Assembly: GCF_009914755.1 (NCBI RefSeq)
Contig: NC_060947.1
Source of the DNA: the human T2T-CHM13v2.0 reference genome, Homo sapiens
Direction: 5' to 3' (one strand)
DNA length: 64,000 bases
The position numbers were made by a program, and so were the translations under genes. The notes beneath the pieces are model-generated. The model saw only the letters and a program-made list of their open reading frames with translations. It ran no database searches and had not been told where the DNA came from. Positions 26,461 to 42,290 of this stretch are shown here, piece after piece; within the stretch, counting starts at the first letter, position 1; each line of letters opens with the position of its first letter.

Positions 26461-27153
26461 AGTTAAACATAGAATTACCTTGAAAAGTTAAACATAGAAT
26501 TACCATATAACCTATCAGTTCCACTTCTAGGTATATACCCAAAAGAAGTGAAAACAGAGACTTGAACAGGTATGTTCAGTTGCATGAATGTTCATAGCAC
26601 TGGGCTGTGAGAGGGCCTGGGCTATGAAGGAAGGCTGGGCTGGGGGTCATCCCAGCCTGGGGGGTCTGACCTGCAGTGAGACATTATTGACAATAGCTGA
26701 AAGGTGGAAACAACCCAGATGTCCATTGGCAGATGAGTAGAGAAATAAAATTTGGGATATCCATAAAGTGGAATATTATACAACCAAAAAAAGGAATGAA
26801 GTTCTGACACATGCTACAATATAGTTTAGTCTTGAAGACATTATGCTAACCGAAAGAAACCAAACACAAAAGAACAAATATTGTATGATTCCACTTATAT
26901 GAAACATGTAGACCAGACCAATTCAGAGAGACAGAAAGTTGACTAGAAGTTACCAGGGCCTAGGAGAGGGAGAAATAGGAAATTACTACTTATCAGTTAC
27001 AGTGTGTCTGTTTGGGGTGATGAAACATTTTGGAAATCCATAGTGGTGATGGTTGTACAACATTGTGAATAGGTTTCATGCCATTGAATTGTACACTTAA
27101 AAGGGCAAATTGTGTCTTACGTATATTTTACTGCAACAAAGTAGTTTTAAAAA
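26461..27153 (+). mobile_element. L1MB-like LINE-1 3' end
   Basis: aaagttaaacatagaattaccatat...ccacttctaggtatatacccaaaagaa...aattgtacacttaaaag. Confidence 0.85.
26609..26680 (-). repeat. Inverted repeat arm D (inserted copy of 24773-24844 inside L1)
   Basis: 68/72 identity; splits the L1 motif atgttcatagca^(g)cattatt. Confidence 0.95.
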
Positions 27154-27200
27154 GGTGTGAGAGACTTCACAAGAATGCTGGAATAAGATTTAAAAGTTGG

Positions 27201-27866
<666 letters not shown>

Positions 27867-28298
27867 TTAGTTCTACAGAGTAATATAACGGTAACCTTTG
27901 TGGCTGCCTTTTCTACCGGACAGAATTAATTTTCATTTCTACCAGACAAAAATCATTTGCAACTTCTCCTTCTTCTACAAGTTAACTTTTAACTTTACCG
28001 AGTCTGGAACTTAATTAATAGGGAATTGTAAGTCAAACAGCTGCATGGATGGTGCTCTCACATGCTCCTAAAAGGGTATCAGTGATATTTTTTGCCTTGT
28101 GGTTAAGTTTTAGATAATTTTTCTTAACACCTTAAATAACACATGACAAAGCACAACTCCCACATGGGTCTCCGTGAAATGGCCTTGACTTTGGCTTCAA
28201 GGCCTGACTCTTCTGGGCATTAACACCTTAGTGACATTTTCTGGGGTCCCTTATGAAGCCTACTTCAGTCCATACTACACATCACCACCAGACTGACC

Positions 28299-28390
28299 AG
28301 GCTGCAGTAATCTGTGATTGCACCACTGCACTCCAGCCTGGGTAACAGGGAGACCTTGTTTCAAAAAATCATAATAAAAAAAAAGAAAGG
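28299..28390 (+). mobile_element. 5'-truncated Alu (3' end of an AluJ-type right arm)
   Basis: ggctgcagt...caccactgcactccagcctgggtaacagggagacc plus A-rich tail. Confidence 0.85.
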
Positions 28391-28689
28391 AAAAAGTTCG
28401 TCTGGGTACCACCTCAAATCGCTTTCATTTCATATTTGATTGTGTTCTAATTCATTGGTGCGTTGGCCTCACATGAAGACGGCCTTTGTCTCCTTCCAGC
28501 ATGCAGCCCTGACCTAAGCACTTGGCAAGTCCTCACTACATACCCTTCAGATGGCCGATTGTCCTGTCCTCTTCATAAGCTTGCCATCAGAATGCTGATG
28601 ACTTTCCCTTTGCCCCTTTACTGTGCACAGAGTCATTGAAAACACATTTCCTGTCCTCCAGGGACTTATATTCTGACTGGGAGAACAAA

Positions 28690-28920
28690 AGCAGGTGTCC
28701 TAGACTAGTCAGGAAGATCTAGGTTCCTCTAGATCACTTTCTACTTGTGTCACCTTGAACAAGAAGCCTCCCTACCCCTCAGTTTCCTCATCAATGAAAT
28801 GAGAATAATAATGTCAATACTTGCCTTGCCTACCTCGTGAAATGGACAGGAGGATTTGTTAAAAAAAAAAAAAGTAATAATTGTGGAAGTGCTTCGTAAA
28901 CAAAAGAGTGATTATTCACA
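28690..28920 (+). mobile_element. MIR SINE
   Basis: cctcagtttcctcatcaatgaaatgagaataataat. Confidence 0.7.
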
Positions 28921-29515
28921 TTATAGTTAAATGATTCTGTGGAAGTTAACTAGCAATACAAGATAGCCCAATAAAGAATGTCACAAGGCAGCTTCCCAAG
29001 CTCAGAATGAGTCCCTGGGGTACTCACTCGCTAATGGGCAAGAGGATTCCAGAGGGCTTGTAGGAGGTGGCTGGGTCTATAGCGTGAGTGAAAGGAAGTT
29101 CAATATACTAGGGGTGGAGTGGGGAGGAAGCAGTATCTAGGTGCATAGAGCATGAGGGAAGCAAATTGAATAAGTGAAGAAAGATGAACACCTGCTTGGG
29201 GCTGGGGAGGCATCCCAGTGGCCTTTCCAGAGGAAAGTGTGAAGGGGCAGTGGGAGAAAAGGTGAGATGCAACCACAGCAACACGCAAGCCAGGCTTGGG
29301 AGCTGGGTCTGTCTGCTCTGAGAAGCCACTGGGGGATCTGGGATGGAGGAGTGTAGAAGGAAACCAAGTTTTAGAATGCAGATCCCTCTAAGAGTGGGAC
29401 TTGTTATCCTGCCTCTAATTTATCATTTGTGCATTTTATTGTAAAATAAAATACTAACTTATTGTACAAAAAAAAAATCTAAAGTGAATCAACAAGTATT
29501 TAGGGTAAAAAATGA

Positions 29516-30022
<507 letters not shown>

Positions 30023-30377
30023 TGATTTTTAAAACTTAATATGTCTATGGACATCTTTCTATGGCAGAATATATCTTCTTTTCAATAGTTGTATAGTATT
30101 CCTTAGTAAGAACGTACCACAATTTATTTAACCAATCCCCTATTGATGAGGAATTCTGCAATTAATTTTGCTTTTGCTTATTACTATTACATTTTTAAAG
30201 TACTATATGTCTGTGGAAAGAAATTCAACAGTGTAAAAGACTATTTCATGAAAAAAGTCATTCTCCTGCCTACCCCTAACCCCCCATCCCCACTTTAACA
30301 GCTCCTCCCTCAAGAGGCAAACACAGATACCAGTTTCTAGTGTCATTCCCAAAATGACCTGTGCATATACAAGTGTA

Positions 30378-30382
<5 letters not shown>

Positions 30383-30415
<33 letters not shown>
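30383..30415. repeat. (TG)n microsatellite
   Basis: Seen directly. Confidence 0.95.
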
Positions 30416-30417
<2 letters not shown>

Positions 30418-30777
30418 GAGAGGGGGTGGGGAAGAAAGATAGAGAAAGATTTTTAATGTAACTGATGACATACTATACACAACATTCTGCACCTTACTTT
30501 TTTCACCTGACATTGTATCTTGGAGAACATTCCACATCAGTACATATCTTAGCTACATAATTATTATTAGTGGCTGCAGAGAATTCCATTATATGGCTGA
30601 ACCACAATTTATCTGACCCGTCTCCTACTGGAGTTGTTGCCAGTATTTTGCTGTTACACATAGTACTCCAATGTTCATGTGTTCTTTGTTCATGTATCTT
30701 CATATGCACTAAATCTATACTGGAAAGAAGTGGAATTGTTGGGTGAACAGGAATGTGCATTAAAATTTTTGACAGTT

Positions 30778-31074
<297 letters not shown>

Positions 31075-32389
31075 TTTTGACGGTTAATGCCAAACTGCCC
31101 ACCAAAGAAGTTGTTTCAGTTGACCCTGCCACTAGCTGTATATAGGAGTGCCTATTCCTCCATATCCTCTCTCCGCATCACAGCATGTGATAAGCCTTTT
31201 AAATGTGTGCTTGGAGAGCAGGATGAGAACCTGAGGTGGTGGGGGTGGGAGTGTGGTCAGGGAAGGCAGAGATTTTCCAGTTGTTCCCCATGAGTATGGT
31301 TGAGGCTCTCACAATAGCCCAGCGGTGGATGTAGCCCACAAGTGTTGTGTCCCCAAGACCTTAGGTGTCTAGCAGCACTCCAGGATACCCATGATCCACA
31401 AACCCACGTGGTGCAAGTCCTAGAGTGTCAAAAGAGATTCTTTGATCCTTACTACCCTCTTTCAGCTTCATGCAGAACCATTTCTGAATCTCAAGCCAGG
31501 ACTAGGAAGCCTGGATTGGAAGCCAGTTTGCTGGCAGAGGGGGGCCTCCAGCAAAATGTATTTTAATTCACTGTCACCACATGCATGCACACATGAACAC
31601 ACACACACACACGCACCAAGAGGACCAAATACAGAACTCAAGATCCAGGTTCAGAAGTGCAAGCTTGTGCCTTGTGAAGCACAGCTCTTCATAGTATGAG
31701 TTTCCAAGAGCTGTAGGTTAGATGGCCTGTTTCAGGTTGCGAGAACAAAGGTGTGCTTCCGTTTCCTTGGGCGATGGGACATAAGTGTAAGAATTAATGC
31801 ATAAGTGAACCCCTCCCTGGCAGCCACTGCTCTTCACAACTGATGTCTCAGGAGTGCTGGACAAGACTGCTCCCCACGACTTTGCTTTCCCCATTCTCCA
31901 TGGCTCTGCTACTGCTGTCTCCCTGGGCTTCTCCTGGGTTCTGGGCCACCTCACTGCCTGTGCTCCTCTGTATGTATCTGTCACATACACGTTCCCCAAG
32001 AGAGGGGTTCTTATTGGGTCAATTGGTCACTCCACCTTCTGGAACATTCTTATCAGCCTGAGTGCTCAGTGCAAAGCACCTCACGGGCCTCTGGGCACCC
32101 TCAGACCCAACTGAAAGATGGCTACCCTTGACTCAGGCCCAGGCTGTCTGGTGTGTCCATTTGTGACCTAAAGAACAGTGCCCGGCACAGAGTAGCCACT
32201 CAACAAAATATTTACTGAATGAGTAAATAGTGATCCAAGATTGAGGAATCCCTCTGTCAACTCTGTTCAGGAGGAGGCTGTGAGTGAGGGAGGCATGGGG
32301 AACATTGTTGGATTCCTCTTTGATATTTTAGACTTAAGGCCAAATTCAGCAAATTCATTAACTGCATTAATACTTCTATCTCCAAAGTG

Positions 32390-32620
32390 AAGTATTGAGA
32401 AGAACACAGGCTTTGTAACCCAACAGATCTGAGTTCAAATCCTGACTATCACTAACTGTGGTGACCTTGGGCAAGTTTCTTGACTTCTCCATTTCCTTAC
32501 CAATAAAATGAGGCTTATAGTATCTCCCTTGCAGTGTTGTTATGAAAACTAGTCCAGACAAAGAATGCAAAGCACCCACCTCAGTGCCTAATGCATAAAG
32601 ACATTCAAGAAGTATTATCT
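32390..32620 (+). mobile_element. MIR SINE
   Basis: gagttcaaatcctgact...gtgaccttgggcaagtttcttgac. Confidence 0.8.
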
Positions 32621-33315
32621 GTTGAGAGGATTCGTGTCATTTTTCAAGTTAAACTTCCTGACTTGTGTCTGCTAAGCTCCTGGTAAATGCAAGTGTGCTT
32701 GTGTTTCTAGAGATAAGTTTGGACTTCTCAAGTCAACACACAGCCAGGTACCACAAATATGTCTACTTCTTGATGTTCACAACTAAAGGAAAAAGCCTTT
32801 TATTTCTCTTGTTCAATTAGCTTTGAGACAAGGCAAGCCATCTCATCAATTTGCTAATATTGCTTTCAAATATTTATAAAGTCTGTCTCCTTATGATGGT
32901 TCTATAACCTGAGTTCTAATCTATTCTCTGGACTATTTACCCAGATATATTGGAATTTGTTGCCAGGAAAGGTGGTTTCTCTGCAGATGTAGAACCTTGG
33001 CCAGGTCCCTACATGGCAGTAGTCAGGTTATCTCCATCCAATACACAAGCAGTTACCAGTCATTTCCTGAATACCTGGCCTTGTGCTGTGAGCAACATTA
33101 TTTCTTCAATCCAGGAGTCAAGGAGATGGCTGAGAAAGGGCCTGCTTCCTTCCAAAGTCCAAGGTATTCTATAGGGTGGGTGACCCACAGGTTGTCTGCC
33201 TCACCTTCCATTGATAGATGTTGAGGATGCTTCCATTTTCACCTTATTACTAGCAATGGAGCAATGAACATCCTTGGACTTATATCTGTGTGCGTGTGTG
33301 TGAATATTCCCCTAG

Positions 33316-33693
<378 letters not shown>

Positions 33694-35339
33694 TAGTATA
33701 GCTTTATGAAAGTGCAGTTACAGCATCCAACAGTGTATAAATAGTTACTTTAAATAAGTACCAGAATATTACCCTCAAAAAGGCTTAAGAAGTTACACTT
33801 CCACCCTTTACCTCGGTTATTGCACTCCTAGGTCTATACCCTAGAGAAACTCTGAGACAGGTGAATGATGGCATATATGCTGTGAATGTTCATGATGGCA
33901 AAGAATGGTATGGACAATTTGATGCAATTTATACAGTTTAAGAACATACAACCCATACTGTATAGTTTATTGTTTATGAGCACATACATAGCACATTTCA
34001 AAACATGCAGGGGGCTTTGACTCAAGCTGTAGTATTTTATTTCTTTAGGAAAAATGTTCTGGGGCAAATAAAGGGAAATGAATTTGTTCCTGATATTTTT
34101 TCATATGCTTGAAAGAGTTCGTCATCTAAAAAAAAAAACAAGACAAGAAAAAGGCAGGGCAGGTTCACAGCCCCTCCAGAGCCCACCCTTTTGTTCAAGG
34201 GCACCTGGTACATCAGAGAGATGGATAACCTCCATGGGAAGAGACTTTGCACCCCAATTCACTAAGAGCCCCTTCTCTCCCAGACATCAGTATAAATCCT
34301 TAGGATCTATTGCTTGAGTAACCTTATGATTCTCGACTTCCAGGCCCAAGAGAATGATAACCAAATTTTTGCAGTTGTCACCCTAACACTGGGACCTGCC
34401 TGCCTGTCCATCATGGAGCTCTAAGTATACTTGAACCACATGTGAGGAGTAATTGGGGCAAATTTTAGATTCAACCCTGGATTTGGCAATGCCCTTTACC
34501 ATGAGCCCACCATTGCAACGCAGGGTGCAGTAAAGCAAGAGCATTGCAAAGCTCTTTCTGAAACCAGAATTTTGCCATAATGCCTCCTGCTAACAGTGTT
34601 GCCTGATTAGCAGACACAATGGGACCATCAGGCCTTATCAGCACCACTTGGTCTAAAACAGAAACCAGGAAGGGCTGTCTCTCAGTGCTTGGCCCCTGTT
34701 GCCATGGCCCCTGTTGCCATGGTTCCCAAGCACTTTTGCTTATGATTTCTCTCAATCGCTTATAGCATCCATCAGCAAGCAGGACCTAGAAGCTCTTTCG
34801 GGCAGACTGAGAAGAAAGCTGTAAACAGGAAAGATAAGAGCAAGTAAGGGAAGTAATTAAACGAGCAAACAAGAAATGTAGATGGAAAGAATTTGGGGTG
34901 AGGCCCAGAAAACAGCTTTTGTTATGTAAAAGAAATCTTCTTGAGATGTGATAGACCAAGGTGTCTGGGTCAGAATTTGCCAAGAAGTGCCCATTATGTA
35001 GCTGCCATGTGGTATAGGTACAGCAACTCTGTGCCCTGGATTTTCCAGAAAAGTCCCAGTTTCAAGTATTTTATTCTGTTTGTCAGACCAAGAATTCTGA
35101 TTTGAGATTCAGAAAATAAGGTCACTGTAGTTAGAGTAGTCATCCAGGAAAGCCTGATTTAGAATCCATTGTCCTCCCGGGCTGGTTGGCAGGGAATCCC
35201 CACAGGACTTGCCTCTAGGGCCCTGAAGGCCTGAGTAAAGTAGCCCCTTATACAGCCAAGAAATATCAAAGTGCCTCTCAACTCCATGCCCTCCACACTC
35301 CCGTAGCTCTCTGAGGGGTTTAGCCAGAAAGGCATGGGC

Positions 35340-35520
35340 TTTTGACCCCCATAGACCTGGATTTCAATATGCTCTGCATTAACTCTGCCAACATAGGCAA
35401 TGCTCTGAGCCTCAATTTCCTCATCTGCAAAATGAGAGCAATAACACAGGGTTATGACAGGGTTATTCTGAGCATCAAATGAAGTTTTTGTTACCTTTAA
35501 AGCACTGTACAAATGTGCAC
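35340..35520 (+). mobile_element. MIR SINE
   Basis: ctctgagcctcaatttcctcatctgcaaaatgag. Confidence 0.75.
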
Positions 35521-35529
35521 TGCTAAAAT

Positions 35530-35935
35530 CCATTCCTTCATTCAACAAATAAGTGTCTACTACATGCCAGGCATGAGGCCAGGCCTGAGATTACAGTGGT
35601 CATCAAAACAGACAGGGTTCCTGCTGGCACCCTGAGCTTTCAGGTCACAGGGGTAGACATATTAGCCAAAGATCTCCTCATCCGAGGTCCAAGCAGAAGG
35701 GAGATGCAGTAGGGCTGCTCTTTTAAAAAGCTGACTGTGGCTGCTTCGTAGAGCCAGAGGGCAGGAGAGGGGGCTGGGAGGCCACTTAGGAGACTTCTGC
35801 CTGCAATAGTGGCTTGGTCTAGGGTGGTGGCAGTGCTGATGGTAAGAAATGGCCAGATTCTGGACAGATTTGGTAAGTAGAATCAACGGAACTTGGTGAC
35901 GGACTAACTTTTGGGAGTGAGGAAGAGGCAAGGAG
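35530..35935 (-). mobile_element. L2 LINE fragments
   Basis: cattccttcattcaacaaataagtgtctactacatgccaggc; ggtggtggcagtgctgatggtaagaaatggccagattctgga. Confidence 0.75.
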
Positions 35936-36214
35936 ATATTTTAGCTAACTGTGTCCCCAGGACTTGGGCCACTGGAGCCCATAAAGCCAATCCCAAGGCT
36001 GGTGAGGTACAATGTATGGAGGGTCCATTTCTCCTTATCTCGCCTCTGTAGAGCAGTATGATGTCAGTCCTTCAGTCCAGAAATCAGCTTGCTAGACTTA
36101 ATCTGAAAAAAGCATTTAGTACTTAAAAATTGTATAGGATAATATATGGCATTCTAGCTTTATGTTGAACGCAGAATTCCTCTTAAAGGTAAATTGTTTG
36201 CTTCCAATTTTTAA

Positions 36215-36645
36215 GTTGTTTTAAAATTGACAAATGTAATTATTTGTACATATTCATGGGGTATACAGATAATGTATAGTGATCAGATCAGGGTAATTAG
36301 CATACCCATTATCTCAAACATTTATCATTTCTTTGTGTTGGGAACATTCAGTATCCTCCTTCTAGCTATTTGAAACTATATATTATCATTTGGGTTTTTT
36401 AATTCTTTCTTCTTTTAGAGACTGGGTCTCACTGTGTTGCCCAGGCTGGACTCAAACTCCTGGGCTCACGCGATCGTCCTGCCTCAGCCTCCCGAGTAGC
36501 TGGGACTACAAGCACATGCCACCATGCCTAGAAATGATACGTGATTTTTAACTATAGTCATCCTGCAATGGCATAGAACACTAGAACTTTTTCCTCCTCC
36601 CCAGCTGTAATTTTGTATAATTTAACAAATCTCTTCCTAGCCCTC
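36215..36645 (-). mobile_element. L1MA-type 3' end, interrupted by a FLAM
   Basis: gatcagatcagggtaattagcata...ctcaaacatttatcatttctttgtgttgggaacattc. Confidence 0.85.
36395..36531 (-). mobile_element. FLAM_A-like Alu monomer
   Basis: Single arm gagactgggtctcactgtgttgcccagg...gcctcccgagtagctgggactaca. Confidence 0.85.
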
Positions 36646-37909
36646 CAATTTTTGAATGGGATATTACTTTAAAAATAGCTGAGTTACCATTAACTTAGGA
36701 TGCTGAAAACGTTCTTCAGTCTAGGTGATCTCTTCTGGGACCAACATATGTTCTTTGAATTGGATTCCTTTCAAACCTTGGGCCCAGTAGTTTTTGTACC
36801 AACAGGTTGGAAGAGAAGAGGGCCCAAAAGGGGAAGAAATGGGAAGGGCCACAGACAAACTTAAGTTTCATAACAGTTAACCACACTTAACCGCAGTTAA
36901 CTATGCTTTACAGCTTCCAGGGGAATTTCACATATATCATTTGTTGTCATATTCTGCAAATTCAGGACCATGGCTGTCTCCTGACTCCCCGTCCAGTGTT
37001 CCTGCTACTGATTGCACTGCCAGGTTCTTAACTTTTTGGGGGAGAAGGGGGAGGGGAAGGTCTCTCTGTGATAAACAAAAAAGTTCCAACAGACATTCAA
37101 AACCCTTCTTTATTCTAAAGAATTTATTCCATTTGCATTGAGAAGGAGTGTAAAAGAAAATTTGGTATTTTCCCACACCACTTGTCCCCTACACACATCA
37201 ACAGGTCTTTCATTTCTCAGTTCTTGCAGACCCACCCTTCGGAAGCTATTATCTGCTTGACAGTCTGCTGAGACCTCTTGTCTTTCTTCCTCTCTCAATT
37301 AAACTCTAAGGACTGAGGTTCCCATCTGCCCTGGAGCAAACACATCTCTTGTTATACCTGTTTTCCAGAAGCTGGAGAGCTTTTTTCCTTTCTCCAACCG
37401 CTATAGTTCTCTTTTCAAAACACTTAAACCCTCTTAGTGATTTTTAACTGCAGGTGGCAATTAAATTGGTTTCCCAAACATGGACCAAACCTTCTCTCCA
37501 GTGCCTCCTGCATTTACCCTGCCTCCACCCACCCTTGAACCAGGAAAGAAAAAAACACACAGACACAATTTACTGAGTTATTGTCCTCTCTTCTGTGTAG
37601 CCCTCTCTTAACATGAATGTGGCAAAATTGCTAGGAAGAAATGGTAGGATGTATTTCCACTAGGTAGGTCTCTTTCTCCACAGCGGCCATCTTTGATTAT
37701 TGTGTCTGGAATCGAGCAGTACCCAACCAACATGGTGCCCTTCCTCAGGCTCTTCCTTGGCGGGAAGACAGAGGCAGCAGTTGAGCAAGGGGAGCCAACA
37801 GAAGTGGAATGGCTCCTCATTCATAGACCCTTGTGGGTTTTGAAGGAGAGAGGAAAGAGAAGGTTTGGAAAGAATAGGACAGAAAGGGAGGAATAAGAAA
37901 GAGGAAGTT

Positions 37910-38207
37910 GGCCGGGCGCGGTGGCTCACGCCTGTAATCCCAGCACTTTGGGAAGCCGAGACGGGTGGATCACGAGGTCAGGAGACCGAGACCATCCTGG
38001 CTAACACGGTGAAACCCCGTCTCTACTAAAAATACAAAAAAATTAGCCGGGCGTGGTGGCGGGCGCCTGTAGTCCCAGCTACTCAGCTGGCTGAGGCAGG
38101 AGAATGGCGTGAACCCGGGAGACGGAGCTTGCAGTGAGCGAAGATTGCGCCACTGCACCCCAGCCTGGGTGACAGAGCAAGACTCCGTCTCAAAAAAAAA
38201 AAAAAAA
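37910..38207 (+). mobile_element. AluY
   Basis: accatcctggctaacacggtgaaacccc, gagaatggcgtgaacc; CpG-rich. Confidence 0.97.
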
Positions 38208-38329
38208 GAAAGAGAGAAGAAGTTGAAAGGGGTGTTTACAAGTGGAGGAATAGAAATAAAGCTATGAATTGAATAATAGAAACTCTGATTTTTAAAATTT
38301 TATTTTATTTATTTTTTATTTTAATAGTT

Positions 38330-38740
38330 TTATGTTACGTAAACCATTATATGTTATTTTTAAATATATGAAAATAAATATATTTAATGGTTTGTTATTG
38401 TAAAATGACACGTTTGTTGTTAAAATTTCAAATAGTACTGGAGAGTTTCAAGTGAAACATACATGTCAAAATCATCTAGAATAACAGTTACTTGTGTGTC
38501 CTTGCAAACTTATTCCGTGCATATATAAGCATCTGTGTGCTTTTGATACACAAATGAGATCATACAATACATACTGGCCCATTCCTTGCCCATTTTTTTC
38601 AACTTACCAATAACTCTGCAGTTTTCTAGTTTCTACTCAAAGAGATATCCTTCATTCTTCTTAATGGCTGCATATCATCCCCTTGTGTAGATGCACCATG
38701 ATGTGTGGAACCCATCCCTTGTTAATGGACATTTAGGTAA
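38330..38740 (-). mobile_element. Old L1M 3' fragment
   Basis: aaatgagatcatacaatacat...ttaatggctgcatat...atggacatttagg. Confidence 0.6.
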
Positions 38741-38754
38741 AATAGAAAGTCTAG

Positions 38755-39557
<803 letters not shown>

Positions 39558-39768
39558 GAAGTTGAGCAGGCAGAGAGATTCAAAATGTCACCTGAGCTGT
39601 GTGTCTCTGTGGTTGGTAGGAATGGATTAGAAGGTCAGACATTGAGGACAAAATCCTCAACTTCACCACTCAAGGCAACTCATGAAGCTTCTCAGGGTCT
39701 TGGTTTGTGGACTCCAATAAATTCAACGTATGCTGGTTGAGTGCAGACCAGAACAGCCGAGCCAAGTA

Positions 39769-40475
39769 CAGTCAGGCCTCGCTTCACAATGGGGATACGC
39801 TACGAGAGAAATGCGTCATTAGGTGATTTCCTCATTGTGCAAACATCATAGAGTGTACTTACACAGACCTAGATAGTGTAGCCTGCTGCACACCTAGGCT
39901 ATATGGTACAGCCTATGGCTCCAAGGCTACAAACCCATACAGCACGTGACTGTGCTGAATACTACAGGCAGTTGTAACACGATGGTACTTATCTGTGTAT
40001 CTAAACATAACTAAACCTAGAAAAGATAGAGCAAAACTATGGTATCATCTAATGGGGCCACTGTCATATATGCAGTTGTCATATATGCAGTCCATTAAGC
40101 AGGGGTCCTCAACCCCTGGGCCATGGACCCGTACCAGTCCATGACCTGTTAAGAACTGGGTCACACAGCAGGAGGTGAGTGGCAGGCGGGCGAGCATTAC
40201 CGCCTGAGCTCCACCTCCTGTCAGATCAGCAGCAGCATTAGATTCTCATAGGAGCAGGAACCCTACTGTGAGCTGTGCATGTGAGGGATCTCAATTACTT
40301 GCTCCTTATAAGAATCTAACTAATGCCTGATGATCTGAGGTGGAACAGTTTCATCCTGAATCCATGCCCCCACCCAAGTCCGTGGAGAAATTGTCTTCCA
40401 CAAAACCAGTCCCTAGTGCCAAAAAGGTTGGGGACTGCTGTGTTAACTTACATGCCATTATGTGGCATATTGCTG
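39769..40475 (+). mobile_element. Tigger3a/MER7A-like TcMar element, interrupted by MER1B
   Basis: TA-flanked cagtca...gagaaatgcgtcattagg...aacatcatagagtgtacttacac...cacctaggctatatgg; far end at 40441-40475. Confidence 0.85.
40100..40440 (+). mobile_element. MER1B (hAT-Charlie)
   Basis: caggggtcctcaacccc...gcattagattctcataggagc...gccaaaaaggttggggactgctg. Confidence 0.9.
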
Positions 40476-41979
40476 TACAAATGGCCCTGGCCTTTCCACA
40501 AGCCGTAGCATGGCCACAGAGATATAGAAAGAGCCTGAGTGCTCACGAGGTGATTATCTGAGGTCTGTCACAGGTTCCCCTTTCTTTGCTTTCAGAGGCA
40601 TCTCTGTTCACAGCGTCTCATCACACTCAAAACCCAATGCCTGTTTCCTTTTTTTTTTTTTTTTCAAAAGCAGAGTGTGTGGCAACGGGGCTCTGAGGAA
40701 ATCCCTACCACTGTGGTTGGGGAGGGTGTGGTGTGAAGAACCCACATTGTGGCTTACTCAACTGTGAGATCTTAACTCTGTGGCCCCAGAGCCACTGTGC
40801 TCCTGGGCGGCAGTGGTGACAGCCATGGCGGCACAGCTTAGAGCCTGGAATGGTAAGCATGGGCTCAATTGCATCCTGCAAGAAGACTCGCATCAGGGTT
40901 TGAGCTCGGGGTTTGGTGTCTGGGTGGGTGTCGGCAGAATGGGAGGAGGCAGGTGGCTGGAGAGCACTGGGGACAGGTGGAGCAGCCAGTTTTGCCCTGG
41001 CCTGAGTCAGGCCAGGTTTGGGAAGCATTTGGACTCCACAGCAGGCTTGGGTGCTCGGCCCCTGGATTGACAGGAAGCTGAGAAATGTGATTATCTCCCA
41101 CGGGACAACATGCTGTCCCCAAACAAAGGTGGCGGTCGCATGCCCACTGCCTAAGTTCTAAACGAGCCCTCCCCCAGCCTTTTCTCCCCAAGCTGGCCAG
41201 CTACAAGACCCAACCCCATGGTGGAGCCGAGGGTTCAGAGCAGCTAGGCACAGGAGAAAGGAATTTCCTCCTGTGGCTGCCTGGGAGGGAGCTCTTTTTC
41301 ATCGGCCCCACCTGCCAGCTTCCCCATTACCAGGCCGAGGAGTGGAACACCAGCATTCCTTTTCCCTTCCTACTGCTGCCTCCTCCAGCCCTGCAGCCTA
41401 GAAACTCTCAGTGGTATCAGACTCCTGAAGCACCAGGCAACAGCCCAGCTTCTTTCTGCTTGGTCACACAAGCTGTGGCCTCCCAAATCATGCCTGGGCT
41501 AGGAAGACAGAGCAGTGTCACAGGAAATCTAAGTCCCATGCACATGGTGATCTCACCCCAGCCTCTACTGCTTCAGCCCCCTCCTGAGGCTGGCCAAAGC
41601 GTAGAAGCCCTGCTGATTAAGCCTCTTCCCTGAATGTTGGCAGCCTAGGCTCTGCACTAACTTAGCACCTAGTGCAGAGCCTGTCACGTGCATGGGAGCT
41701 ACCCAGTAGCATTCTCTTGGACGGATAAATGCATGGGTGAATTAACATGCTTTGGATATTGTCTTTGTTGTACCTCCTCAGGGCTCCCAAAGCCTTAAAA
41801 CTAGAACTTGTCACCTCATCACTTTAGAACCTTCTATTTGCAGGCATCTATGCACCTGCTGATCTCTCCCACTAAGAAAAGGTGACAAGAGAAACCAGCC
41901 AGGGGATTCCTGAGGGTAGTCTAGGAGTCTCGAAGCCTTGCAGTGGTCTTCCAGGCTGAATCATCCTACCTCGAGAACC

Positions 41980-42290
41980 AAGAGCATGAGAGTTGGCATC
42001 AGACAGACTTAGTTCAAGTCTCAACCCTGCTATTTCCTGTATATATAATCTTAGTCAAAAGTCATTTCACCACTCTTAAGATTTAGTACTCTACTCTGTA
42101 AAATGGGGCTAAAAATACCTACCCAGCATTATGGTGAGGAATAAATGAGAAAATGTGTTAGGTTGAATCCTATGAAACTGTCCAAAGCATTTAAATGCCA
42201 GCAAATTTGTATGGTTCAACCTAATATATAAAGTAGCCTTTATAAACTATAAAGTATAATAAATAGCCCTATATAAGTATTCATTATTCT
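41980..42290 (+). mobile_element. MIR SINE hosting a MADE2
   Basis: tctgtaaaatggggctaaaaatacctacc...gtgaggaataaatgag. Confidence 0.7.
42158..42224. mobile_element. MADE2-like mariner MITE (palindromic)
   Basis: TIRs ttaggttgaatcctatgaaa / tttgtatggttcaacctaa. Confidence 0.75.

Noticed and set aside
42158-42224. Hairpin as a miRNA precursor
   Set aside because: Explained by MADE2 terminal inverted repeats; diverged stem; no expression evidence
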